Shown here piece after piece: positions 33,553 through 46,380 of a DNA stretch of 64,000 nt. The notes under the pieces are model-generated. The model did not search any database, was not told the DNA's origin, and was given only the letters and a program-made list of their open reading frames with translations. The stretch comes from Nannocystis sp. SCPEA4. Its GTDB lineage: Bacteria > Myxococcota_A > Polyangia > Nannocystales > Nannocystaceae. The stretch lies in the NCBI RefSeq assembly GCF_026626685.1, contig NZ_JAPNJX010000001.1:12752-76751 (forward strand), given 5' to 3'. A program made the translations under genes and the position numbers. Positions within the stretch are counted from its first letter, which is position 1; every line of letters starts with the position of its first letter.

Positions 33553-34791
33553 TCAGCCCGCGACCTCGCCGAGGAGCCGCCGCACCTCGGCCACGTCGGA
33601 GAACGGCCGCATCTGCCCGCGGACGAGCTGGCCCTCCTCGTGGCCCTTGCCGGCGATGACGACCACATCGCCCGCGCGGGCCTCCGCGATCGCCCCCGCG
33701 ATCGCCTGCGCCCGATCGAGCTCGATCGTCCACGTCGCCCGCCGGCCCTGCAGGCCCTCGATCACCGCCGCCGCGATCGCGGCCGGGTCCTCGTCGCGCG
33801 GGTTGTCGCTCGTCACCACCGCGGAATCGGCGTGCGTGCCCACGGCCTCGCCCATCGGCGCGCGCTTCTCGGGCGTCGAGTTGCCGCCCGCGCCGAACAC
33901 CACGATCACGCGCCCCTCCGCGCCGGCCAGCCGCCGCGCCGTCGCGCATGTGTGGGTCAGCGCGTCGGGCGAGTGCGCGTAGTCGACGGCGATCGTGGGC
34001 CGACCCGCCCCGTGCGCCAGCACCTCGAAGCGGCCCGGCACCACCGGACAGGCCGCGATCCCGTGCACCACCGCGGTCGCGGGCAACCCGGCCGCCAGCC
34101 CCGCGAGCGCGGCCGCCAGCGCGTTCTCGCCGAACACCTCGCCGACCATCCGCGTCGTCAGCACCCCGCCCAGCGCCGTCGCGGCCGGCGACGGCTGCAG
34201 CAGCACGCGCGTCCCCGTCGGTCCGACCTCGATCGCCGCCGCCTCGAGGTCCGCCGCGCGCAGCCGCGGGCCGCGGCCCGGGGCCGCGAACCAGCGCCGC
34301 TCCACGTCGCCGGGGATCGCCTGGTCGACGTACAGCGCGTGCTTGTCGGCCGCGTTGAGCACCGCCACACGCCCGGGGCCCAGGTGCATGAACAGCTGGG
34401 CCTTGGCCGCGAGGTAGTGCTCCCAGCTGCCGTGCGTGCCGAAGTGGTCGTTCGAGAGGTTGGTGAACACGCCCAGGTCGAACCGCCAGCTGCGCGCGTA
34501 GCCCTGCGCCAGCGCGTTGCTGGTCGTCTCGATCACCGCGTAGCGACAGCCGCGCGCGTGGGCCCGCTCGAGCGTCGCCACGAAGTCGGCGAACCGCTTG
34601 CCGCGCGGCCACGCCTCGTCGTCGAACGCCACCCCGAGCGTCGACACCTGCAGCACGTGCAGCGCCGCCGTGCGCACCGCCGCCGCGATCATCCACGTCG
34701 TCGACGTCTTGCCGTTCGTGCCGGTGACCCCGAACGTGAACATCGACTCGGCCCACGGCGCCGCCGCCGCGACCGGGCGCGCGGCGCTCAC
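33553..34791 (-). CDS. Mur ligase family protein (MurE/MurF-like middle and C-terminal domains, no N-terminal domain)
   Basis: P-loop FGVTGTNGKTSTT, plus VDYAHSPDAL and GKGHE motifs. Only 412 aa. Confidence 0.7.
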   Translation of the reverse strand: MSAARPVAAAAPWAESMFTFGVTGTNGKTSTTWMIAAAVRTAALHVLQVSTLGVAFDDEAWPRGKRFADFVATLERAHARGCRYAVIETTSNALAQGYARSWRFDLGVFTNLSNDHFGTHGSWEHYLAAKAQLFMHLGPGRVAVLNAADKHALYVDQAIPGDVERRWFAAPGRGPRLRAADLEAAAIEVGPTGTRVLLQPSPAATALGGVLTTRMVGEVFGENALAAALAGLAAGLPATAVVHGIAACPVVPGRFEVLAHGAGRPTIAVDYAHSPDALTHTCATARRLAGAEGRVIVVFGAGGNSTPEKRAPMGEAVGTHADSAVVTSDNPRDEDPAAIAAAVIEGLQGRRATWTIELDRAQAIAGAIAEARAGDVVVIAGKGHEEGQLVRGQMRPFSDVAEVRRLLGEVAG

Positions 34792-34848
34792 GACATGCCC
34801 CCTTCAACATGTCTCATCAAACATGCTCCTGACGACAGGCCCGAACGA

Positions 34849-35475
34849 TCAGGCGCCGCGGCAGGCCGCCAGCAACTCCACGATCGCCGCCCGGTCCTTC
34901 TCGCCGCGAATGGCGCCAGGCAGCTCGGTGCCGCTGGCGACGTCGAGCCCGGCCGGCCGCACCTGCTGGATCGCCAGCGCCGCGTTCCTCGCTGTGATCC
35001 CGCCGGCGAGCCACACCTCGAGCGGCGCCAGGCGCTGCACCGCCGCCGCCGCCCAGCCCCAGTCGGTCGTCTGGCCGGCGCCGCCGTAGCCGGGCACCGC
35101 GGCGTCGAGCAGCGCGCGCGCCGGGCGAGGCGTCGGAGCCCGCAGTTCGGCCAGCGCCGGCGTGCCCCGGACCACCCACAGGTACGGCAGGCCGAAGCCC
35201 GTCACCTCCTGCGCGCCGACGATCTGCACGAGGTCGAGCTGCAGCGCCTCGGCGGCGCGTCGCACCTCGTCGGCCGTCGGCTCGACGAACACCCCGACGC
35301 GCTCGAGCGCCGGCGGCGGCCGCACCTCGGCCAGCAGCGCCTCGGCCTCGGCCAGCGTCAGCCCGCGGCGCGAGCCGCTCCACAGGTTGAGGCCGACGGC
35401 GTCGACGCCGAGCTCGACGCAGGCCGCGAGGTCCTGCGGCCGGGTCACCCCGCACACCTTGAGCTTCACGGACAT
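34849..35475 (-). CDS. trpF: phosphoribosylanthranilate isomerase
   Basis: LKVCGVT N-terminus and TIM-barrel PRAI pattern. The start codon lies inside a GGACATGTCC repeat. Confidence 0.85.
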   Translation of the reverse strand: MSVKLKVCGVTRPQDLAACVELGVDAVGLNLWSGSRRGLTLAEAEALLAEVRPPPALERVGVFVEPTADEVRRAAEALQLDLVQIVGAQEVTGFGLPYLWVVRGTPALAELRAPTPRPARALLDAAVPGYGGAGQTTDWGWAAAAVQRLAPLEVWLAGGITARNAALAIQQVRPAGLDVASGTELPGAIRGEKDRAAIVELLAACRGA

Positions 35476-35530
35476 GTCCGAAACACCCTGTCCCGATCAC
35501 TCTGTCCCGATGAACATGCCCGTACGAACA
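35468..35530. repeat. GGACATGTCC/CCTGTCCCGAT-family units in the trpC-trpF spacer, overlapping the trpF start codon
   Basis: cggacatgtccgaaacaccctgtcccgatcactctgtcccgatgaacatgcccgtacgaacagcccc. Confidence 0.75.
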
Positions 35531-35537
35531 GCCCCGT

Positions 35538-36344
35538 TCAGAGCGCCATCACCAGCTCGCGCAGCGTCTCGCCGGGCTGCTCGGCGGTCATGAAGTAGCT
35601 GCCGATCAGGAGCGCGTCGGCGCCCGAGTCGCGCAGGCGGAGCGCGTCGTCGATGGTGCGGACCCCGCTCTCGGCGACGTACGTGAAGCTGCTGGGCACG
35701 TACTTGCGCAGCTTGGCGGCGCGGTCGGGGTCGAGCTCGAAGGTCTGGAGGTCGCGCGAGTTGACGCCGATGAGCTTGCCGCCGGCGGCCATCGCCCGAT
35801 CGATCTCCGCCTCGTCGCGGGTCTCGCACAGCACCTGCATCTCGAGCGAGTGGGAGAACTCGATCAGGTTGCGCAGCTGCGGCGCCGGCAGGGCGGCGAC
35901 GATCAGCAGCACGCAGTCGGCCCCAACCCGCTTGGCCTCGACGATCTGCGTCTTCTCGAGGATGAAGTCCTTGCACAGCAGCGGCAGCGCCACGCTCTGG
36001 CGGACCGAGCGGAGGTCGTCGAGCGAGCCCTGGAAGTGCTTGTCGCACAGCACGCTCATGCAGGCCGCGCCGTTGGCCGCGTAGAGCATCGCGATCTGGC
36101 GCGCGTCGGCCCCCTCGCGCAGCACGCCGGCGCTCGGCGAGGCGCGCTTGAACTCGGCGATGATCCCCGGCCGCGGCCCCTCGCGCAGGGCGCCGATGAA
36201 GTCGCGCGGCCGTGGCAGTCGGGCCCCGAGCTCGAGCAGCTCGCGGTCGGTCAGCGCCCCCGAGCGCGTCGCCCTCGGGGCGGCGAGCTCGGCCCGCTTG
36301 GCGGCGAGGATCTTGTCGAGGTACGTGCTGCCTTTGTCGCTCAT
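35538..36344 (-). CDS. trpC: indole-3-glycerol phosphate synthase
   Basis: YLDKILAAKR, IIAEFKRASPS, LLCKDFI and IGVNSRDL motifs. Confidence 0.9.
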   Translation of the reverse strand: MSDKGSTYLDKILAAKRAELAAPRATRSGALTDRELLELGARLPRPRDFIGALREGPRPGIIAEFKRASPSAGVLREGADARQIAMLYAANGAACMSVLCDKHFQGSLDDLRSVRQSVALPLLCKDFILEKTQIVEAKRVGADCVLLIVAALPAPQLRNLIEFSHSLEMQVLCETRDEAEIDRAMAAGGKLIGVNSRDLQTFELDPDRAAKLRKYVPSSFTYVAESGVRTIDDALRLRDSGADALLIGSYFMTAEQPGETLRELVMAL

Positions 36345-36352
36345 GTCCCGCC

Positions 36353-37420
36353 TCAGGGTAGCGCAGCGCGGCTGGCGGCGACGAGCCGGTCGAGCACCGC
36401 CGCGGCGCGGCCGTCGTCGAGCGCCGCGCCGATCGCTCGCGCCTTGGCCGGGAGCGTCTCCAGGCCGTCGTCGCCGGCGGCCAGCAGGGCCAGCGCGCCG
36501 CTGTACTGCACACTTGTCCGGTACGCCCCCGGCTCGCCGGCCAGCAGGCCCCGCAGCGCGTTCGCGTTGCCGGCCGCGTCGTCGCCGGCGATCGCCGCGA
36601 TCGGCACCTCCGGCAGGCCGGCGTCGCCAGGGCGCAGCGTGTACGTGCGCAGCGCGCCCCGGTGCCACTCGGCGATCGTGCTCCCGCCCTCCGGGCTGAG
36701 ATCGTCGATCCCGGGCCGCTCGGCGCCGGCGAAGAAACCGTGGACCACGAACACGCGCTCGCTGCCGAGAGCCCCGAGCGCCGCCGCCATCGCCTCGACC
36801 TTGCCCGGATCGAACACTCCGATCACCTGGCGCCGCACGCCCGCAGGGTTGCACATCGGCCCCACCAGGTTGAACAGCGTGCGCAGGCCCAGCGCCTTGC
36901 GCGGCCCGGACGCGTGGCGCATCGCCGGGTGCAGGTTGGGCGCGAACATGAAGCCGACGCCGACCTCGTCGACGCACTTGCCGACCCGCTCGGGCGGCGC
37001 CGTGATGTCGACGCCGAGCGCGGCCAGCACGTCGGCCGAGCCGCACGGGCTCGAGATCCCGCGGTTGCCGTGCTTGGCCACCCGCGCCCCGCAGGCCGCC
37101 GCCGCGATCGCCACCGCCGTCGACACGTTGCGCCGCGCCACCCCGCTGCCGCCGGTGCCGCAGGTGTCGATCGCCCCGGCCTCGCGCAGGGGCACCGCGA
37201 CCACCGCCTCCCGCATCGCCCGCACCGCGCCGGCGATCACCGCCGCCGTCTCGCCGCGGATCGAAAGGCCGACCAAAAGCCCGCCGATCTGCGCCGGGTC
37301 GGCCGCGCCCGCCACGATCTCGCGGAAGATCGCCAGCGCCTCGTCCTCACCGACCGCCTCGCCGCGGACCAGCCGCGCCAGCCCGCGCCGCAGCGCCCCG
37401 TCAGCTGCGCCCTCGGTCAT
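36353..37420 (-). CDS. trpD: anthranilate phosphoribosyltransferase
   Basis: DTCGTGGSG, HGNRGISS and FNLVGPMCNPAG motifs. Confidence 0.9.
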   Translation of the reverse strand: MTEGAADGALRRGLARLVRGEAVGEDEALAIFREIVAGAADPAQIGGLLVGLSIRGETAAVIAGAVRAMREAVVAVPLREAGAIDTCGTGGSGVARRNVSTAVAIAAAACGARVAKHGNRGISSPCGSADVLAALGVDITAPPERVGKCVDEVGVGFMFAPNLHPAMRHASGPRKALGLRTLFNLVGPMCNPAGVRRQVIGVFDPGKVEAMAAALGALGSERVFVVHGFFAGAERPGIDDLSPEGGSTIAEWHRGALRTYTLRPGDAGLPEVPIAAIAGDDAAGNANALRGLLAGEPGAYRTSVQYSGALALLAAGDDGLETLPAKARAIGAALDDGRAAAVLDRLVAASRAALP

Positions 37421-38106
37421 GTCGCTCCCGCCATGTTCGAAGGGACATGCATCTCGAGGAAGGTGCGGAGCATCGCGTGGCCGTGCTCGCTGAGCACCGA
37501 CTCCGGGTGGAACTGGACCCCGTGGAGCGGCCGCGTGGCGTGCCGCACGCCCATCAGCTCGCCGACGTCGGTGCGCGCGTTGGGCACCAGCGCGGCCGGC
37601 AGCGTGCTCTCGACCGCGGCCAGGCTGTGGTAGCGCGTGGCCATGAACGGCGACGGCAGGCCGGCGAACACCCCGGTGCTGTCGTGCAGCATCGGCGACA
37701 GCTTGCCGTGCATGATCCGCCCGGCCCGCTCGACCCGCGCGCCCAGCACCTCGCACAGCGTCTGGTGGCCGAGGCAGACCCCGAGCAGCGGGATCGCCGG
37801 CGCGTCGGCCTCGGCCAGCCGCCGGCACAGGTCCTGGCACACCCCGCTGTCGCTCGGCGTACCTGGCCCCGGGGACAGCACGATGTGGCTCGGCGCGTCG
37901 GCCAGCACCTGCTCCAGCGTGACCGCGTCGTTACGGTGGACGTCGACCACCGCGCCCAGCTGCAGCAGGTACTGCACCAGGTTGAAGGTGAACGAGTCGT
38001 AGTTGTCGATCATCAGCACGCGGCAGCCCGGGCGGGCCCCGCCGCTCGGTCGCAGGCGCTGGCCGCCTGGCAACGGCGGCGCCGCGGAATGGACGGTCTC
38101 GGTCAC
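37417..38106 (-). CDS. trpG: anthranilate synthase component II (glutamine amidotransferase)
   Basis: MIDNYDSFTFNL, GVCLGHQ and HGVQFHPES motifs. GTG start overlaps the trpE stop. Confidence 0.88.
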   Translation of the reverse strand: MTETVHSAAPPLPGGQRLRPSGGARPGCRVLMIDNYDSFTFNLVQYLLQLGAVVDVHRNDAVTLEQVLADAPSHIVLSPGPGTPSDSGVCQDLCRRLAEADAPAIPLLGVCLGHQTLCEVLGARVERAGRIMHGKLSPMLHDSTGVFAGLPSPFMATRYHSLAAVESTLPAALVPNARTDVGELMGVRHATRPLHGVQFHPESVLSEHGHAMLRTFLEMHVPSNMAGAT

Positions 38107-39716
38107 GCTGCACCTCCCTCGGTGGCCGCCGCGATCGCGCGCAGCACCGCGCTCGCCTTGGCGTGGCACTCGTTGTCCTCGCCCTCGGGCGACGAATCGT
38201 AGACGACCCCCGCGCCGGCCTGGACCCGGAACTCGTCGCCGACGGCGACCAGCGAGCGGATGCAGATGGCGAAGTCGGCCGCGCCGTCGTAGCCGAGGTA
38301 GCCGACGGCCCCGCCGTACCAGCCGCGGGCCGCCGGCTCGAGCGCGTCGATGATCTGCAGCGCGCGGATCTTCGGCGCCCCGCTCAGCGTGCCGGCCGGG
38401 AACGTCGCGCGCAGGGCGTCGAGCGCCGTCAGCTCCGGCCGCAGCTCGCCCTGCACCTCGCTGACGATGTGCATCACCCGGCTGTAGCGCTCGACCGAGA
38501 ACGACTCCGACACGCGCACGCTGCCGGCCACGCTGACGCGCCCGAGGTCGTTGCGCCCGAGGTCGACCAGCATCAGGTGCTCGGCGCGCTCCTTCGGATC
38601 GCCGAGCAGCTCGCTGGCCAGCGCCTCGTCCTCGATCACGTCGCGGCCGCGCGGCCGCGTGCCCGCGATCGGCCGCACCGTCACGCGCAGGCCCGACTGC
38701 GGCGCCGTCTCGCTGCTGGCCGCGCCGGTCACCGCCGGCGCCAGCGCGTCGCGGTCGACCCGCACCAGCACCTCGGGCGACGCGCCCGTGAGCGCCGCGG
38801 CCGGCAGGTCGAACAGGTACATGTACGGCGCCGGATTGCCGACCCGCAGCATGCGGTAGACGTCGAGCAGGTCGATGTCGCCGCGCCGCGACACGAACCG
38901 CTGCGACAGCACGACCTGGAAGATGTCGCCGGCCATGATGTGCTCGCGCGCACTGGCGACCGACTCGCGGTAGCCCGCGCGTGACCACGGCGCCGCCACC
39001 TCGGTCGCCGGTGGCTGCCCCTCCGGCACCCGCCGCGGCCGCAGCACCGCCGGCCCGAGCAGCGCCGCAGCCACCGCGTCGACACGGGCCCGTGCCGCCG
39101 CCTCCGCCGCCTCCGGCCCGCCCTCGCTCTCCGCGCACGCGGTCGCCAGCACGCGCACCCGCTGCGAGAAGTTGTCGAACACCACCAGCGTGTCGGTCGC
39201 CACCAGCTCGACCGCCGGCAGATCGCTCGACATGACCGAAAGGCCAGGTACCGGCGGGATCGGATCGAACACCCGCGCCGCGTCGTGGCCCCACACGCCG
39301 ACCAGGCCGCCCCAGAAGCGCGGCAGCTCGGCCCGCGGCGGACTGTCGTAGGACCGCTGCAGCGCCGCGATCCCGCCGAGCCCGCGGCTCTTGGCCTCGA
39401 CCCCCGGCGGCAGCGAGAAGCCCGGCCCCGGGGTGATCGTCACGTCGAGGTCGTAGCCGTTCCACACCCCGCGCACGTGCGCCCGCGCGCCGACGCCCAC
39501 CACGCTGTAACGGGCCCACCGCTCGCCGGCCCCGCCCGCGCTCTCGAGCAGGAAGCTGACGCCGGGCAGATCCGGCGGCCCCGAGCTGCTGCCCCGCGCG
39601 TAGGCCCGCAGCCGGGCGTAGACCTCGACGGGAGTGATGCCGTCGCACAGCAGCTCGCGCCATACCGGCACCAGCCGCGGCGCCGTCGACTCGATCAAAG
39701 GCGGGCCCGCGATCAT
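38103..39716 (-). CDS. trpE: anthranilate synthase component I
   Basis: 537 aa with the chorismate-binding C-terminal domain (LSGAPKIRA, GGAVGYLGYDG). Confidence 0.9.
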   Translation of the reverse strand: MIAGPPLIESTAPRLVPVWRELLCDGITPVEVYARLRAYARGSSSGPPDLPGVSFLLESAGGAGERWARYSVVGVGARAHVRGVWNGYDLDVTITPGPGFSLPPGVEAKSRGLGGIAALQRSYDSPPRAELPRFWGGLVGVWGHDAARVFDPIPPVPGLSVMSSDLPAVELVATDTLVVFDNFSQRVRVLATACAESEGGPEAAEAAARARVDAVAAALLGPAVLRPRRVPEGQPPATEVAAPWSRAGYRESVASAREHIMAGDIFQVVLSQRFVSRRGDIDLLDVYRMLRVGNPAPYMYLFDLPAAALTGASPEVLVRVDRDALAPAVTGAASSETAPQSGLRVTVRPIAGTRPRGRDVIEDEALASELLGDPKERAEHLMLVDLGRNDLGRVSVAGSVRVSESFSVERYSRVMHIVSEVQGELRPELTALDALRATFPAGTLSGAPKIRALQIIDALEPAARGWYGGAVGYLGYDGAADFAICIRSLVAVGDEFRVQAGAGVVYDSSPEGEDNECHAKASAVLRAIAAATEGGAA

Positions 39717-39867
39717 GGGCCGCAGGATACACCGCGTCGGCCGACCCGATCGACGGCGCAGTTCGAGCGCCGAGGTAGGACACGCGCCGGACGCGGATAC
39801 GCCGCGGCCGCGGCCGCGCGCCTTGGCCCCTCCGCTCGCGCAGCTGCCGAGGTCCGCGGCCCAGACG

Positions 39868-40503
39868 CTAGCGGCGCCGCCGGCGATCGCCCGAGTCGGT
39901 GTCGATGATCCGGATGTTGCCGAGGGTGTAGCCGGTGTAGGCGCGCACGACCGAGTCGAAGCGGACGCTACCCGACACGATCGCGGTCCCGTTGGCGTCG
40001 TTCCAGCTGTAATTGACGACGAGCGAGTTGTCGGTGGCGGTGGCGACCGACTGGTCGACCGTGTAGCCGGCCTCCGCCTTGACCCGGATGTCGATCTTGC
40101 CGATGTTGTCGACGATCTGGGTGCGGCCCTGGTTGACGGCCTGCTTCCAGACCCGCTCGTAGGTGTCGTCGGCCGGGTCGAGCAGGGTCACGGTGCCGGT
40201 GGTCTCCGCCGGGTCGAAGATGTCGCGGGCGACCTTCTGCACCGTCGCCGGCACGTCGGGCTCCGGGTTGCCGACGAGCTTGACGGTCAGGACGCCGATG
40301 GTCGCGCCGAACGAGTTGCGGAACGCCATCTTGTATTTGGTCTTCTCCTCCGGCGTGCTCGCGCTCTCGTCCTCGAACGTGATCGCCGTCCCCGTCAGGT
40401 TGGTGGTGAACGTCGCGTTCATCTCGAGGTCGAGGTCGCTCACGGGCCCCGCGGTGATGCCCGTCTTGCTGAGCACATCTCGCTTCATCTTCGGTGTCGG
40501 CAT
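39868..40503 (-). CDS. hypothetical protein with C-terminal poly-Arg tail
   Basis: 211 aa and Thr/Val-rich, predicted beta-rich. Ends DRRRRR. Local GC is lower than the flanking genes. Confidence 0.45.
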   Translation of the reverse strand: MPTPKMKRDVLSKTGITAGPVSDLDLEMNATFTTNLTGTAITFEDESASTPEEKTKYKMAFRNSFGATIGVLTVKLVGNPEPDVPATVQKVARDIFDPAETTGTVTLLDPADDTYERVWKQAVNQGRTQIVDNIGKIDIRVKAEAGYTVDQSVATATDNSLVVNYSWNDANGTAIVSGSVRFDSVVRAYTGYTLGNIRIIDTDSGDRRRRR

Positions 40504-40687
40504 GCTGTCAATCCCCCGGACCTATCACTGCCCGGATCCCCCGGCGAATGAGCGTAACCCAACCCCCTCCTGGATCAGTCGCTCGTACATACAATCATGT
40601 TACGGGCGGCGCGCGCCGACGCGCCTCCGGTGCCGCCCGGCGCAGGATCGCCCGCCGGCACCACCGCGCGCAATTGCGCCGCCTCGA

Positions 40688-40735
40688 GCCATGCACTTTA
40701 AGACATGCCCGTTTCGACATGCCCTGAAGATCACG

Positions 40736-40742
<7 letters not shown>
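40688..40742. repeat. GACATGCCC-family units between kinase gene and orphan gene
   Basis: catgcactttaagacatgcccgtttcgacatgccctgaagatcacg. Confidence 0.7.
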
Positions 40743-43711
<2,969 letters not shown>

Positions 43712-43927
43712 ACCGGCATGGTATCAAGGCCCGGCGCCGTTGTGGGCCGGGCCGGGTGCGGAGCCCCGTTTGCAGGCGAGCGGCTGCGCCGCCGTCCGGG
43801 CCGACGCGCACGAGATTCGCGGCGCACGCCGTGCGTCGCGGGGGTGTGCGGTCGTCTTCGCGGCCCGTCGGCGCCGCGCCGCGGGAGGCTTGACTCCGCG
43901 GCCCTCCGGGCCTGAAAACCTCGGGCG

Positions 43928-45187
43928 ATGCACGCCCGCGATCCCGAGCTCTCCGCCGCCGACCCCGAGATCTTCGCGCTGATCGAGCAGGAGGACGCGC
44001 GCCAGCGCGACAGCCTGCGCCTGATCGCCAGCGAGAACTACGTGTCCAGGGCCGTGCTCGCGGCCACCGGCAGCAGCCTCACCAACAAGTACGCCGAGGG
44101 TTATCCGGGCAAGCGCTACTACGAGGGCATGGACTTCGTCGACCCGATCGAGTCGCTCGCCGTCGCCCGCGCGCGCGAGCTGTTCGGGGCCGACCACGCC
44201 AACGTGCAGCCCTACAGCGGTTCGCCGGCCAACCTCGCCGCGCTGCTCGCCCTGTGCCAGACCGGCGACACGATCATGGGGCTCAGCCTCCCCGCGGGCG
44301 GTCACCTCACCCACGGGTGGAAGGTCAGCGCCACCGGCATCTACTACAAGGCCGTCCAGTACGGCGTCCGCCGCGACGATCACCGCATCGACCTGGACGA
44401 GGTCCGCACCCTCGCGCTGACGCATCGCCCCAAGCTCATCTGGGTCGGTCACTCCGCCTACCCGCGCCAGCTCGACTTCGCCGGCTTCGCCGCGATCGCG
44501 CGCGAGGTCGGGGCTTACCTCGCGGCCGACATCGCGCACATCGCCGGCCTCGTCGCCGGCGGCGCGCACCCGAGCCCGGTGCCGCACGCCGACGTCGTCA
44601 CCACCACCACGCACAAGACCCTCCGCGGCCCGCGCGGCGGCCTCATCCTCTGCAAGGCCGAGCACGCCGCCGCGATCGACAAGGCCGTGTTCCCCGGCCT
44701 GCAGGGCGGCCCGCACTGCCACACCACCGCCGCCAAGGCGGTCGCCTTCCGCGAGGCGCTGCAGCCGAGCTTCCGCGACTACGCGCAGCAGATCGTCGCC
44801 AACGCCCGCGCCCTCGCCGAGGCCCTGATCGCGCGCGGACACACCCTCGTGTCCGGCGGCACCGACAACCATCTCCTGCTCGTCGATCTCACGCCCACCG
44901 GTCATGGCGGTCGGCACGTCGCCCGGGTGCTCAACCGCTGCGGCATCGAGCTCAACGCCAACGCGATCCCGTTCGACCCGCGCAAGCCGTTCGACCCCTC
45001 GGGTCTGCGGATCGGCCTGGCCGCGATCACCTCGCGCGGGATCCAGACCCACCACATCCCGCACGTCGCCGACCTCATCGCCGACGGCATCGGCCTCGCC
45101 GTCGCCAACGCCGACGACGCCCAGTGCGAGGCCCACCGCGCCCGCGTGCGCGAGTTCCTGCGCGCCTTCCCGGCCCCCGGCCTGTGA
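43928..45187 (+). CDS. glyA: serine hydroxymethyltransferase
   Basis: [17 protein letters not shown]-lysine motif and full-length SHMT. Confidence 0.93.
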   Translation: MHARDPELSAADPEIFALIEQEDARQRDSLRLIASENYVSRAVLAATGSSLTNKYAEGYPGKRYYEGMDFVDPIESLAVARARELFGADHANVQPYSGSPANLAALLALCQTGDTIMGLSLPAGGHLTHGWKVSATGIYYKAVQYGVRRDDHRIDLDEVRTLALTHRPKLIWVGHSAYPRQLDFAGFAAIAREVGAYLAADIAHIAGLVAGGAHPSPVPHADVVTTTTHKTLRGPRGGLILCKAEHAAAIDKAVFPGLQGGPHCHTTAAKAVAFREALQPSFRDYAQQIVANARALAEALIARGHTLVSGGTDNHLLLVDLTPTGHGGRHVARVLNRCGIELNANAIPFDPRKPFDPSGLRIGLAAITSRGIQTHHIPHVADLIADGIGLAVANADDAQCEAHRARVREFLRAFPAPGL

Positions 45188-45198
45188 CCGCCACGTCG

Positions 45199-46380
45199 AT
45201 GCAGCCGTACCCGATCACCGCCATGGCCCTGTGCAACGGCATGGGCGACAGCACCGCCGCCGTGCTCGCGGCCCTGCGCGCGGGTCGCTCCGGCCTCGGC
45301 CCGTGCCCTTCCGACTTCGAGCTCGACGCGGTCGTCGGCGCCATCCCGACCCCGCTGCCGCCGCTGCCCGGCTTCCTCGAGCCCGTGCGCGACACGAGGC
45401 AGACGCGGATCGCCGCCGTCGCCCTCGCCGAGCTGCAGGCCCCGCTCGCCCGCGCTTGCGCCCGCTGGGGCGCCGATCGCGTCGGCGTCGTCCTCGGCAC
45501 CAGCACGGGCGGCATCGAGGCCAGCGAGGGCGCCTACGCCCACGCCCAGGCCCACGGCGGCGCCCTGCCGGCCCACTACGACGTCGAGCTCTCGCACGCC
45601 CTCGACGCCGTCCTCCACCTCGCGCGCGTCCTCGGCGGCGGCCTCGCCGGCCCGGCCTACGTCGTCTCGACCGCCTGCTCCTCGAGCGCCAAGGTGTTCG
45701 CCTCGGCCCAGCGCCTGCTCGCCGCCGGCCTGTGCGACGCCGTCCTCGTCGGCGGCGTCGACAGCCTGTGCCGCCTCACCGTGCGCGGCTTTGCTGGCCT
45801 CGAGGTCCTGTCCTCAAAGCCATGTCGTCCGTTCTCGCGCGAGCGCGCCGGCATCAACATCGGCGAGGGCGCCGCGCTGCTCCTGGTCGAACGGACAGGT
45901 GAGGGTCCGGCCCGCCTGCTCGGCGTCGGTGAGAGCAGCGACGCCTACCACATGACCAGCCCGCACCCCGAGGGCCTCGGCGCCCGTCTGGCGATGGAGC
46001 GCGCGCTGAAGCTCGCCGGCCTTTTCGCCGCCGACGTCGACCACGTCAACGCCCACGGCACCGGCACCAAGCAGAACGACAGCATGGAGAGCCAGGCGAT
46101 CCGGTCCGTCTTCGCCGGCGCGCCCGCGCCCGCCGTGGTCGCCACCAAGGGCTACACCGGGCACATGCTCGGGGCCGCCGGCGCCACCGAGGTCGCCTTC
46201 GTCGTCGACGCCATCGCCCACGGTTACCTGCCGGCCAGCGTCGGTGCCGACCCGCTCGACGAGGCGCTCGGCGTCGACGTCGTCACCGCCCGCCGCGAGC
46301 AGCCGACCCGCGCCGCCCTCAGCAACTCGTTCGCGTTCGGCGGCAGCAACTGCAGCGTCCTCGTCGGAGGCCCGGCATGA
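45199..46380 (+). CDS. beta-ketoacyl-ACP synthase (KS, FabB/FabF-like)
   Basis: Active-site STACSSS, plus HGTGT and NSFAFGGSN motifs. A GTG at 45184 would overlap the glyA stop. Confidence 0.88.
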   Translation: MQPYPITAMALCNGMGDSTAAVLAALRAGRSGLGPCPSDFELDAVVGAIPTPLPPLPGFLEPVRDTRQTRIAAVALAELQAPLARACARWGADRVGVVLGTSTGGIEASEGAYAHAQAHGGALPAHYDVELSHALDAVLHLARVLGGGLAGPAYVVSTACSSSAKVFASAQRLLAAGLCDAVLVGGVDSLCRLTVRGFAGLEVLSSKPCRPFSRERAGINIGEGAALLLVERTGEGPARLLGVGESSDAYHMTSPHPEGLGARLAMERALKLAGLFAADVDHVNAHGTGTKQNDSMESQAIRSVFAGAPAPAVVATKGYTGHMLGAAGATEVAFVVDAIAHGYLPASVGADPLDEALGVDVVTARREQPTRAALSNSFAFGGSNCSVLVGGPA

